The position numbers were made by a program, and so were the translations under genes. The notes beneath the pieces are model-generated. The model had not been told where the DNA came from, did no database searches, and saw only the letters and a program-made list of their open reading frames with translations. This document shows, one piece after another, positions 28,595 through 37,771 of a stretch of DNA of 64,000 bases; position 1 is the stretch's first letter, and every line of letters starts with the position of its first letter. Origin of the DNA: an uncultured archaeon (GTDB lineage: Archaea; Asgardarchaeota; Thorarchaeia; Thorarchaeales; Thorarchaeaceae); the NCBI GenBank assembly GCA_964458565.1, contig CAYWJO010000005.1, positions 20,375 to 84,374 on the forward strand, read 5' to 3'.

Positions 28595-30484
28595 TTATTC
28601 CTCCTGTCTTATTGCACCTTGTGGACATACTGATACACATGTACCACATAGATTACACAGAGTTTCGTCAATTACTGCTTTTTCTGTTAAAGAATCAAAA
28701 TACATAGCTGGACAAGAGAGACGATTCAGGCAGCGTTTACATGAGTTACATGTTTCAGAATCCACATAATATCGTGGAGGGAATTCGCCAGTACGACGCC
28801 TATCGGCAGCTGTCAGTAGAGCACAAGGTGCTTTTGAAACCATGACAGCAGGTTCATTATTTTCGCGGACCCACTTTACCATCTTGCGAACTTCAGCGAC
28901 TAAGTCAGCCATTAGTTCAAAAGGATTCATCTCTATAACATATTTGACCCCTAATCCCTTGCATACTTCTACAATATCAAGAGGCTCTACTTGTTCTTGC
29001 ATTCCAGTGATTCCAGTGCCAGGATGTGGTTGATGTCCAGTCATTGCAGTAGTTCTATTATCTAGGACAACTAATGAAACTGGATGTTTGTTGTATACTG
29101 CGTTTACTATTCCAGGGAGTGCGGATGCGAAGAAGGTACTATCACCAATTGAGGCTACTATATCTTGATTTGTTACACGTGCAAGACCACATGCTGTAGT
29201 AATTGATGATCCCATGTCAAAGAGGATATCTGCAGTTTCAAGAGGTGGTGCAATGCTGAGAGTATAACAACCAATATCTGAGGGATAAATTGCTTTTCCT
29301 CTTGTTGCAGTCTTGATTGCATAATAGGTTGCTCTATGGGGACAACCTGGACATAGAAGTGGTGGTCGAGGAGGAAGTTCTGGAATTTGTTTGAATCTAT
29401 CATCTATATCCTTCCAATTAATAATTGTATTACAATTAATAATATTACAGATAGCTTCAATTACGATTCGTGGACTGTACTCGAAAGTTCGTGGAAATAG
29501 TCCTTGTTCCTTTCCAAATATCTCAATGGACAGACCATTTAATTGTGCAAGTCGCCGAGTGTGTGTTTCTAAGAAAGGTTCGAGCTCTTCGACAATAATG
29601 ATCTTATTGTGGTTTTTCATGAAATTAAGAATCATTTTCTCAGGTATTGGATGAGTAAGACCAAGCTTTAGGATACTTGCATCTAGTTCTAAACAAGATA
29701 ATGCTTCACGAACATAGTTGAAGGATACACCACTGGTAATGATTCCAAGATTACCCTTACCTTCGATGAAATTCATTGATGAAGTTTCTGAAAATTCTCT
29801 TACTTTTTCAATCTGTTTCAAAAGAAGAGGATGACGTTTACGTGCGACAGATGGAATGGGTACAAAACGGAATGGATCTTTTTCAAAGTGTACTGTTTCT
29901 GGGCGATTTCTAATAGGACCAAGTTCGACGGCAGCTCGGGTATGATTGACTCGAGTTGTTGTTCTAAACAAGACTGGAAGTTCAAATTTCTCCGATATCT
30001 CGTATGCTTCTAGAAGTAATGATTTTGCTTCAGCAGGATCTGCAGGTTCTATCATTGGCATATTTCCCATCAGAGCATAATAACGACTATCGTTTTCGTT
30101 TTGTGAGCTCCACATACTTGGATCATCAGCTACGACAATTACCATGCCGGCTCTGACTCCAACATATGACAGTGAGAAGAAAGGATCTGCGGCAACATTG
30201 AGACCAGGTCCTTTACATACCATCATTGATCTAGCACCAGCAACTGCTACAGCTCCTGCTACTTCTAGAGCAACCTTCTCGTTTGTACTAAATTCGAAAT
30301 AGAAATTGGGAATGTGTGGTGCCATAAATGTCAGATTGTTTCCAATTTCACTACTTGGAGTACCTGGATAAAGAGCTACTAGTCTAACTCCAGCTTCCAA
30401 TACGCCTCGTGCGATAGCTTCATTGGCAAGAAGGAGAATGTTCTTTCCAACAGAGTCCTCGAGCAATTCTTTAGGTTTGGTCAA
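28595..30484 (-). CDS. iorA: Indolepyruvate:ferredoxin oxidoreductase alpha subunit
   Basis: YPGTPSSE, NEKVALE, RPPLLCPGCPHR, DIGCY, TAMTGHQ and a C-terminal ferredoxin domain. Confidence 0.95.
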   Translation of the reverse strand: MTKPKELLEDSVGKNILLLANEAIARGVLEAGVRLVALYPGTPSSEIGNNLTFMAPHIPNFYFEFSTNEKVALEVAGAVAVAGARSMMVCKGPGLNVAADPFFSLSYVGVRAGMVIVVADDPSMWSSQNENDSRYYALMGNMPMIEPADPAEAKSLLLEAYEISEKFELPVLFRTTTRVNHTRAAVELGPIRNRPETVHFEKDPFRFVPIPSVARKRHPLLLKQIEKVREFSETSSMNFIEGKGNLGIITSGVSFNYVREALSCLELDASILKLGLTHPIPEKMILNFMKNHNKIIIVEELEPFLETHTRRLAQLNGLSIEIFGKEQGLFPRTFEYSPRIVIEAICNIINCNTIINWKDIDDRFKQIPELPPRPPLLCPGCPHRATYYAIKTATRGKAIYPSDIGCYTLSIAPPLETADILFDMGSSITTACGLARVTNQDIVASIGDSTFFASALPGIVNAVYNKHPVSLVVLDNRTTAMTGHQPHPGTGITGMQEQVEPLDIVEVCKGLGVKYVIEMNPFELMADLVAEVRKMVKWVRENNEPAVMVSKAPCALLTAADRRRTGEFPPRYYVDSETCNSCKRCLNRLSCPAMYFDSLTEKAVIDETLCNLCGTCVSVCPQGAIRQEE

Positions 30485-30595
30485 TCCTGAACCTCCGTAG
30501 ACCTTTAGTCTACATCTTGTGTTTTGACAATCCATAATAGGTATCAGTCTTACGGTAGGAGCTAAGAGCACTTTGTAATACTCGTATTATATTTT

Positions 30596-30983
30596 GAACA
30601 CGTGTTCCAAGTTTTTCTTGGACAAGACCCCCATATTTCCACTCGAATATTAATGGGAAGACAGAATATAAAATAACCAAAAGTATATATAATGTTTTTA
30701 GCAGCCTATATTTATCTACATTTTTATCTACTATATATGATCGCCAAATCTTCTACATTTTCATCTATGTTCCAATGGAAATTAAGGGGTGTCACAGTTT
30801 TCAAGTACTACTAACCTTTATTTCCTCTGTTTCTTATGGAACATATGGAAACGATTGTTAACCTCCTATATAGGGACTTTGCAACAAACTTAATCCATCT
30901 TTCATAGCAGATAATGAATTAGAACACGTGTTCTAGAACCCCCTTATTTCCTATGGAAGTATATATTGGAACACATGTTCCAA
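30596..30983. other. Putative replication origin (ORB cluster with AT-rich segments)
   Basis: ORB-like elements: 30628-30647(-) TTCGAGTGGAAATATGGGGG, 30769-30789(+) GTTCCAATGGAAATTAAGGGG and 30939-30958(-) TTCCATAGGAAATAAGGGGG. Confidence 0.75.
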
Positions 30984-30985
30984 AT

Positions 30986-31270
30986 TCATACTTCATTTAC
31001 AGTAAAAATCTTTGTTTTCAAAATATCAGTATACGATTCGAATAAATCATCAAAAATCGATCTACAATCAGGTGGAACGAGTATTGCTGAATCTGCAACC
31101 GCTTCAGCACCCACACATTCATCCAATAGTCCAACCTTTCTCTTTTCTTTAAGTCCTGTTCTTGTCTTCCAGGAATATGTGAATCCATAGAGCTCCTTTG
31201 TGAATGCAACTCGTCTTGCATTACTCTTTCGAGCATTTTTGCAATCATAGATATAGAGAATCTTTCCCAA
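30986..31270 (-). CDS. Small protein with a possible Cas2/VapD-like ferredoxin fold
   Basis: ILYIYD N-terminal strand, F.KELYG, GLL and SAILVP; GGTG RBS. Confidence 0.55.
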   Translation of the reverse strand: MGKILYIYDCKNARKSNARRVAFTKELYGFTYSWKTRTGLKEKRKVGLLDECVGAEAVADSAILVPPDCRSIFDDLFESYTDILKTKIFTVNEV

Positions 31271-31408
31271 TAACTACACCTAATCACTAGAACACATGTT
31301 CTCAATTTTAGTCCGAGTAACACAAATCCAGATAGAAAGGTTAAAGCGTAGGTGACTCGCGAGTCGGTCTCACTGCAAGGAGCAGCTGGATTCATAGGTG
31401 GAATAGCG

Positions 31409-32719
31409 GTGAATAAGATAGGTTTGCGTAAAGAGGAAAAAGCCTTCGAAGGTAGGGTTCCTGTGGTACCAGAACATATGAAACAGCTTACCGAAAAATA
31501 TGGTCTTCGTTTTGTTATCGAGCCAAGTAATCAACGGGCATTTTCCTCTGAGGAATACATAAAAATCAATGCGGAAATTGATTCCCTTGAGAGTCCCGAT
31601 ATTCGTGTGATATTAGGAATAAAGGAGATGCCCATAGATTTCTTTCAGAAAGATAAGGTATACATTTTCTTCAGTCATACTATCAAAGGCCAAAAACAAA
31701 ACATGCCAATACTTCAGAAAATTATTGATGTCGGAGCTACTCTACTAGACTATGAGCGTGTTATCGATAATAATGGAAGACGAATAATATTCTTTGGAAA
31801 TTGGGCAGGAATGGCAGGTATATCTGACACACTTCGTGTTCTTGGAGATCGCTTGGAATATGATGAAGTAACTCCAAATCCCTTTGCTGAGATGAAAACA
31901 ACACTTGAGTGCAAAACCCTTGAAACCCTTAAAGATGAATTTCGCAAATTAGGTAGAAGAATAGAAACTACTGGTTTTCCTGAATCTCTTACCCCATTTG
32001 TAGTAGGTTTTGCAGGATATGGTAATGTTTCAAGAGGCGCCCAAGAAGTATTTGATCTCTTACCTCATATTGAAATGAATCCTTCTCAACTCGAAAATCT
32101 GAAACCTGACCCACATGTCATATACAAGTGTGTATTCAAAGAGAGCGATATGGTAGAGCCTATTGACGCAGAGATAGATTTCGATTTACAGGATTATTAT
32201 AATCATGGAGCATCAAAATACAAAGGAATATTCAACAAGTACATTCCATATCTCACTGTCCTGATGAACTGTATTTACTGGACTAAGAAATATCCTCGCC
32301 TTGTAACAAAAGAATATATCAAAAAGCATTGGTCCGAACCAAATAGACGATTGATTGCAATTGGTGATATCTCTTGTGATGTTGGCGGTGCTATCGAATT
32401 TACTGTAAGATGTACATCTGCCGGTGAACCTGCATTTACCTATTCGATAAAAGACGACCAAGCAATTCTAGGAGTCAGAGGCGATGGTCCAATTATCATG
32501 GCTGTAGATAATTTACCTTGTGAATTACCTAGAGAATCATCTACTTCCTTTAGTAAAACATTAGTGGATTTTATTCCAATATTAGCTAATGCGAATTATA
32601 ATCTACCATTTGCGGAGTTGAATCTGCCACGCGAGCTAAAAGATGCAATAATTGTGTATCAAGGAACTCTAACAGAGAATTACCAGTATCTAAAAAAACA
32701 TCTTGAAGAAGGTCAATAA
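31409..32719 (+). CDS. Lysine-ketoglutarate reductase / saccharopine dehydrogenase (AlaDh-PNT-like)
   Basis: FFSHTIKGQ, LLDYE, GYGNVSRGA, NCIYW, DISCD and MAVDNLPCELP; ORF is open from 31352. Confidence 0.9.
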   Translation: MNKIGLRKEEKAFEGRVPVVPEHMKQLTEKYGLRFVIEPSNQRAFSSEEYIKINAEIDSLESPDIRVILGIKEMPIDFFQKDKVYIFFSHTIKGQKQNMPILQKIIDVGATLLDYERVIDNNGRRIIFFGNWAGMAGISDTLRVLGDRLEYDEVTPNPFAEMKTTLECKTLETLKDEFRKLGRRIETTGFPESLTPFVVGFAGYGNVSRGAQEVFDLLPHIEMNPSQLENLKPDPHVIYKCVFKESDMVEPIDAEIDFDLQDYYNHGASKYKGIFNKYIPYLTVLMNCIYWTKKYPRLVTKEYIKKHWSEPNRRLIAIGDISCDVGGAIEFTVRCTSAGEPAFTYSIKDDQAILGVRGDGPIIMAVDNLPCELPRESSTSFSKTLVDFIPILANANYNLPFAELNLPRELKDAIIVYQGTLTENYQYLKKHLEEGQ

Positions 32720-32721
32720 TA

Positions 32722-34038
32722 ATGAAGACTGTACTTTGTCTTGGGGCCGGTCTCGTCGCTCGGCCGTATGTACAATATCTATGTAACAAAGGTTTCCATG
32801 TTATGGTTGCCAGTCGAACAAAAACAAAGGCTAAATCACTCATAGAGGGATGCAAAAGCGCAGAGGCTGTCGAATTCAATATAAAAACGGATATTCAGCT
32901 ATTGGATGAGTTAATTGCGGAGGCAGACTTAGTATGTTCTCTTTTACCCTATACTTATCATGTCAATGCTGCAAAGATAGCTATAAAGCACAAGAAGCCT
33001 TTCTGTACGACCTCATATATCTCACAAGAAATGATGGCTCTAGATGAGGAGGCAAAAAAAGCAGGTATAATTCTTCTGAACGAATGCGGTGTAGATCCAG
33101 GTATAGACCACATGAGTGCAATGAAGATAATTGATGACGTTCATAGTAATGGTGGAAAGATAATCAGTTTTACATCTTTTACTGGAGGACTTCCTGCTCC
33201 AGATGCTAACAACAATCCTTTTGGTTACAAGCTATCTTGGAGTCCAAGAGGAGTTCTTCTTGCAGGTAGAAATGATGCTCATTTTCTTCGAGATGGAAAG
33301 GACGTCAAAATACCTGGTCCAGACCTCTTTGATAATTACGAAATAATGGATGTCCCAGGAATAGGACAATTTGAAGGTTACCCAAATCGCGATAGTATGG
33401 CTTTCATTGAATACTATGGAATTCCCGAAACTAAAACAATGCTAAGAGGAACTCTCAGAAATATTGGTTGGTGTAAGACGCTCAAGACTATTGCTGATCT
33501 TGGTATATTAGATTTGGAAGAACGTTCTTTCGATGGAATGACATATTCAGATATGATAAAGGAACTTGTTTCTGCAGATTCCAATGATGTAATCGAAGCA
33601 GTATCTTTGTATACAGGTCTCGACAAAAATAATCCGATAATAGAACGGTTAGAATGGCTTGGTCTATTTTCCGATGTACTTATCCCCTCTGCTCTAAATA
33701 CAAGACTTGATTCTTTATGCCATCTATTCGAGGAAAAATTACAATATGCCTCAGATGAACGTGATATGATAGTTATGCATCATGAGTTTATTGCTGAATA
33801 TTCCGACAAGAAGGAAAAAATCACTTCAACATTGATAGACTATGGTATTCCAAATGGCGACAGTTCGATGTCAAGAACAGTAGCTCTCCCAGTTGCTATT
33901 GCGAGTAGATTAATCCTTGAGGGAAATATCTCTATGAATGGAGTTTATCGTCCAGTATTACCTGACATATATAATCCCATTCTCAGAGAGCTTGACCAAC
34001 TAGGTATAAGTCTAGAAGAAAATGTAATACCACTATGA
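32722..34038 (+). CDS. Saccharopine dehydrogenase (NADP, glutamate-forming)
   Basis: LGAGLVARP, NECGVDPGIDHM, GGLPAP, YKLSWSPRGV, YPNRDS and MSRTVALP. Confidence 0.93.
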   Translation: MKTVLCLGAGLVARPYVQYLCNKGFHVMVASRTKTKAKSLIEGCKSAEAVEFNIKTDIQLLDELIAEADLVCSLLPYTYHVNAAKIAIKHKKPFCTTSYISQEMMALDEEAKKAGIILLNECGVDPGIDHMSAMKIIDDVHSNGGKIISFTSFTGGLPAPDANNNPFGYKLSWSPRGVLLAGRNDAHFLRDGKDVKIPGPDLFDNYEIMDVPGIGQFEGYPNRDSMAFIEYYGIPETKTMLRGTLRNIGWCKTLKTIADLGILDLEERSFDGMTYSDMIKELVSADSNDVIEAVSLYTGLDKNNPIIERLEWLGLFSDVLIPSALNTRLDSLCHLFEEKLQYASDERDMIVMHHEFIAEYSDKKEKITSTLIDYGIPNGDSSMSRTVALPVAIASRLILEGNISMNGVYRPVLPDIYNPILRELDQLGISLEENVIPL

Positions 34039-34073
34039 ATTGAAACTGATATATGAGGACCTAATCAGAGTCC

Positions 34074-34715
34074 CTATTGTTCACCTACACGAAGTTGTAT
34101 TGCAGCTAGTATCTCTTCAGATCTTATAGTTTCTTTTTGAACTTCTGAGAGTTCTGTCTTCAAACGATAGGTGTATCCAGTACGCTTTCCATATCTTTCA
34201 AGAGGTCCCTTACCATTATTCCACATTCGTGCTAGATAAGTCGAAGCGGTACTCTTTGGAAGATCCTCGACAAATGTAGTTTCATAAATCTCAGTAACAT
34301 CTAATGAAGAGAATTTACCATGCTTGAATGATGCATAGATTACTATCCGCATCTTTTCGTAGCTACTCATGGAATCAAATTGGATTTCTTCAATCTCGGG
34401 TTCAATAGGTTCCTCTTCAATCTCATCAAAGACATATCCAGTACTAGTTTCCAAAAACACTCTAAATTTAGCAAACATCTCCTCAACACTACTACTCTTT
34501 ACTTGAAAACTAGACTCCTCTCCTGTTGATTCATCCGATACAAGAATTTTGAAATCAAATGGGGATTCAGTAAGAGCCAAAATACGACGAAAGCGTGTCA
34601 ATGCTTCACCTGGATTAACATAACGACATTGAAAAATCTCTTGAGAGCCTGGGCCCGATCTGTATGTAAATTCATATACATAGTTTGTACGATAATCATT
34701 TTCCAAGCTTCTCAC
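34074..34715 (-). CDS. Winged-helix DNA-binding protein
   Basis: C-terminal FSSLDVTEIYE...LPKSTASTYLARM...LERYG...YTYRL. Confidence 0.7.
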   Translation of the reverse strand: MRSLENDYRTNYVYEFTYRSGPGSQEIFQCRYVNPGEALTRFRRILALTESPFDFKILVSDESTGEESSFQVKSSSVEEMFAKFRVFLETSTGYVFDEIEEEPIEPEIEEIQFDSMSSYEKMRIVIYASFKHGKFSSLDVTEIYETTFVEDLPKSTASTYLARMWNNGKGPLERYGKRTGYTYRLKTELSEVQKETIRSEEILAAIQLRVGEQ

Positions 34716-34740
34716 CTAGTTTCAATGTTTACTAAGATGT

Positions 34741-35178
34741 TTATTCACATCTACCTATTCTCACATCTAAATAAGTGTGAGTATGTGAATTACTAATACC
34801 TAGATAAGAACTACATAATGTGTCTGTAAGCCCTAGAGACACACCTAATCCATTTCACTTGTGATAAGCCGCATAGAACACTAATATCAAATTAATAAGG
34901 CCTATTAGAGCTCTAAATCAAAAAATAATACCTTTTTCCTTCTTTATCACTATTCACAAAATTATATGGTTTGTGAATAGCATGATACGCATATCATAAG
35001 TCTTTTTGCTTAGTTCCAATGGAAACGAAGGGGTGTCGCTATTCACATAGGCTAGCAAATCTATAGTATCTTCTTTCCCGTCAAAAAGCAGATTATAAAC
35101 TTCTTTTTAATAATCGATTCACAATTATGGCGCCATTCACTTCCTAAATATGTGAACTATTGTCAACAACGTGAATAG
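34741..35178. repeat. (CT)ATTCAC iteron-like repeats around a single ORB
   Basis: About 8-10 ATTCAC/GTGAAT copies, including a perfect 11-bp inverted pair at 34950-34960/34970-34980; ORB GTTCCAATGGAAACGAAGGGG at 35013-35033. Confidence 0.75.
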
Positions 35179-35189
35179 TCTATAATCAT

Positions 35190-36200
35190 CTATATTAATG
35201 GCAACATGAAATCATCTGGTCTTTCTCCAAGGATTAGATGTTTGTAAACATCACCAGCTCTCAAAGTAACCTCCTCTAACCGACCACATACTTCTACATT
35301 CATTCCACTCATTACATGTTCACCATATCGACCACGATAACTAACAATCTCTCTAAGGTCATTAATCTCATTACATTCTACCTGATATCGACTAGGCGTG
35401 TATATTGATTCAGAATCATCAACTATATGACAAACAACAGTACTAATTCCCATATTTTTGTATATACAATCCCCATATTGCCATTTCAAATCAGAAGGTA
35501 ATTTTACTAGTCTGATGAAGAAATCTATTGAATGATACAAGCCTTGAAGTTTTTTTTCTTTTTCTATTTTCATAAGGGTATCAAGATGCTGATTTTTTTT
35601 ACCCCATCGGAAAACTGTATGTTGTTTCAAAGTTTCTTCAGAGTATGACTTAACTTGATTTTCAGCACCCTTAATTTCTGACATAGCTTGAAATAAATTT
35701 CTACCTGCCTTAGATCCATATATTACCAAATCTATATCAGATTCATCATTACTCAAACCCACAAGCTGAGAACCAGTAACACCAATAGACTCCCATGATA
35801 TTCCACTATATTCCACTAAAATCTCTGCTAATTCAACAGTTGATTTCCGAATACTATTGAGATGTCCATTTCCATCTCTAAGATAACGTAATGCATCTAT
35901 CGGGTCATATATGATAGAAATCGACTCATCTGGTACTGCTTGCATATCGCGTCCTCGAATATCATCAAACCATATGTATTGCGGAGCATATTCTCGAAGA
36001 AATATTTCACGATCCGTCAGATATGGAAGTTTTCTGTAATTATCACCCCTTGTACTTTTACGATCTCCATCTTCATACGGGACATACCTCAAGTATGCTA
36101 TGATTCGATTCTTGGGATGTAATACACCTTTGACTTCGAAAATGTAGTTTTCATCAGTTTCAAGGAAATATCCTTCAATAGGATTCATCAATGTCATCAC
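35190..36200 (-). CDS. Predicted nucleotidyltransferase (COG1665-like)
   Basis: VKGVLHP...AYLRYVP, GVTGS..VGL..DESDIDLVIYG and SYRGRY. Confidence 0.8.
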   Translation of the reverse strand: MMTLMNPIEGYFLETDENYIFEVKGVLHPKNRIIAYLRYVPYEDGDRKSTRGDNYRKLPYLTDREIFLREYAPQYIWFDDIRGRDMQAVPDESISIIYDPIDALRYLRDGNGHLNSIRKSTVELAEILVEYSGISWESIGVTGSQLVGLSNDESDIDLVIYGSKAGRNLFQAMSEIKGAENQVKSYSEETLKQHTVFRWGKKNQHLDTLMKIEKEKKLQGLYHSIDFFIRLVKLPSDLKWQYGDCIYKNMGISTVVCHIVDDSESIYTPSRYQVECNEINDLREIVSYRGRYGEHVMSGMNVEVCGRLEEVTLRAGDVYKHLILGERPDDFMLPLI

Positions 36201-36259
36201 TAGAGAAATTATATGAATAGCATGATAATTAAAGCAGCTTGTAGCTTTAAATTATTATA

Positions 36260-37474
36260 ATGCCAGTCAATTTCGATATTAAAGCAGATTTTTCTATTTT
36301 CAACTCCAGCCCAAGTCTTGCTTATTTTGACTCAGCAAGTACAACCCTAGTGCCGAAAGTTGTTATTGATGCTACAATGAGATTCCTAATGGATACCGTT
36401 TCATCTTCTAGGAGAGGAGCTCATCGTCTAGCAACTACAGGTAGTGCCCAAGTTGAAACTGCTAGGTCTCTAATTGCACAATTTCTAGGATCTGAAATTT
36501 CTGAAATTTCATTTCAAGGTTCTGTTCCTTCTGCTGTTGCATCAATTATGTTTGGATATCCTTGGAAAGATATGCAGAAGAGCAAAGTTGTGATAGCTGA
36601 AAGCGAAGAGCACTCGATAATGGTATCGATGCTTCGAGCAGCTCAAATTCTCGAATTAGATATAGACTTCTTACCTGTTGAACAAAGCGGACAATTGAAA
36701 CTTGACAAAGTAGATTCGATAATTGATGAAAATACAGGCATTGTTGCTGTAGGAGATACTACAGTTGCCACGGGAACAAAAAACCCTATCAATAACATTA
36801 CGAAAACTGCCCATGAAAAGGGGTCTCTATTAATTACGGATATGACCAGAAGTCTTGATTTCTATGATAATCCTCTTCATTCATTGGAATCTGATGTCAT
36901 TCTCATTTCAGCTAATACAGGCTTTATGGCACCTCCCGGATTAATTATTCAATGGATAAAGCCTTCAATAGGTTTAGATTTCTTTCCTGGAATTCTTGGT
37001 GGCTCTTCTGTAGCTAGTGTTCATGGTAAATCCTTTGAAATCTCTCTACAACCTGATAAATTCGAATCAGGTATCATCAATGTTCCAGCAATAATTGGAC
37101 TTGGAACCTCTATCAACTATATCAATAAAATCGGTAGAAGGAATCTCTACAACCACATTCAGAATCTAATGCAAAATCTCATTTCTAGCTTAACAGAGAT
37201 CGAGAATATACACATTTATGGTTCTCCAACAATTGACTCATCGATAATGAGCTTCAATCTTGGGTCCGAAGATGAGATGAGCTGCCATGATATTGCATTA
37301 TTTCTTGACCAATACGATATAGCTGTAAGAAGCGGTTTTCTATGTGCACACCCTCTAGTATCAAAATTAGCTAGTGATGGAGTTGTACAAATCTCACTTC
37401 ATGGCTACAACTCTCTTGATGATTGCAGGCGTCTTGTTGAAACACTTCAAACAATTAGTAAAGATTTTCTATAA
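36260..37474 (+). CDS. SufS-like class V aminotransferase-fold protein (degenerate)
   Basis: YFDSASTT, EEHS, PDKFESG and AVRSGFLCA; the PLP-lysine motif is replaced by ISANTG. Confidence 0.8.
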   Translation: MPVNFDIKADFSIFNSSPSLAYFDSASTTLVPKVVIDATMRFLMDTVSSSRRGAHRLATTGSAQVETARSLIAQFLGSEISEISFQGSVPSAVASIMFGYPWKDMQKSKVVIAESEEHSIMVSMLRAAQILELDIDFLPVEQSGQLKLDKVDSIIDENTGIVAVGDTTVATGTKNPINNITKTAHEKGSLLITDMTRSLDFYDNPLHSLESDVILISANTGFMAPPGLIIQWIKPSIGLDFFPGILGGSSVASVHGKSFEISLQPDKFESGIINVPAIIGLGTSINYINKIGRRNLYNHIQNLMQNLISSLTEIENIHIYGSPTIDSSIMSFNLGSEDEMSCHDIALFLDQYDIAVRSGFLCAHPLVSKLASDGVVQISLHGYNSLDDCRRLVETLQTISKDFL

Positions 37475-37478
37475 GCCA

Positions 37479-37736
37479 TCATCCTAATGCAAACAATGGA
37501 GGATAGAGAACAAAATATTGTATTACTATTGCAAGCATGATTCCACTAAAAACAAGCCCTTTCCCTCTTGAAGTATTCACATCGGTGAACCAGAGAATAG
37601 CACCGACTAAGACAACAACAACTGCAGAGACCCTTCCAATGAAAATCAAGAAATCCCAGATCTCTGCAAAATGCATTGCTATCATATTTGCGAAATCTGA
37701 TAATGGACTAAGTATTATTGCAGGCATTGGTTTCAC
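37479..37736 (-). CDS. Small 2-TM protein (VirB2/TrbC or CedA1 pilin-like)
   Basis: Two hydrophobic helices joined by TSRGKGL. Confidence 0.5.
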   Translation of the reverse strand: MKPMPAIILSPLSDFANMIAMHFAEIWDFLIFIGRVSAVVVVLVGAILWFTDVNTSRGKGLVFSGIMLAIVIQYFVLYPPLFALG

Positions 37737-37771
37737 ACAAATATTTCATCTTGCGAACCAATTTAAAGTCC

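Larger units (their letters stand above)
18060..29434. repeat. Dispersed array of palindromic TGTAWTACA sites (parS/centromere-like)
   Basis: Exact copies start at 18060, 19817, 21151, 22630, 23959, 25005, 25520, 26108, 27170, 27966, 28578 and 29426; only 3 were seen elsewhere (5194, 36118, 62570). Confidence 0.85.
30596..31301. repeat. Four GAACACRTGTTC palindromes
   Basis: At 30596-30607, 30922-30933, 30969-30980 and 31290-31301. Confidence 0.9.

Noticed and set aside
18060-29434. TGTAWTACA as an ordinary transcription-factor regulon
   Set aside because: Most sites are intragenic or between convergent genes, and they cluster by position rather than by gene function; autoregulation at 19817 remains possible
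30596-31301. CRISPR array with cas2
   Set aside because: Repeats are only 12-18 bp, irregularly spaced and lack spacer periodicity; no cas1 or other cas genes are present
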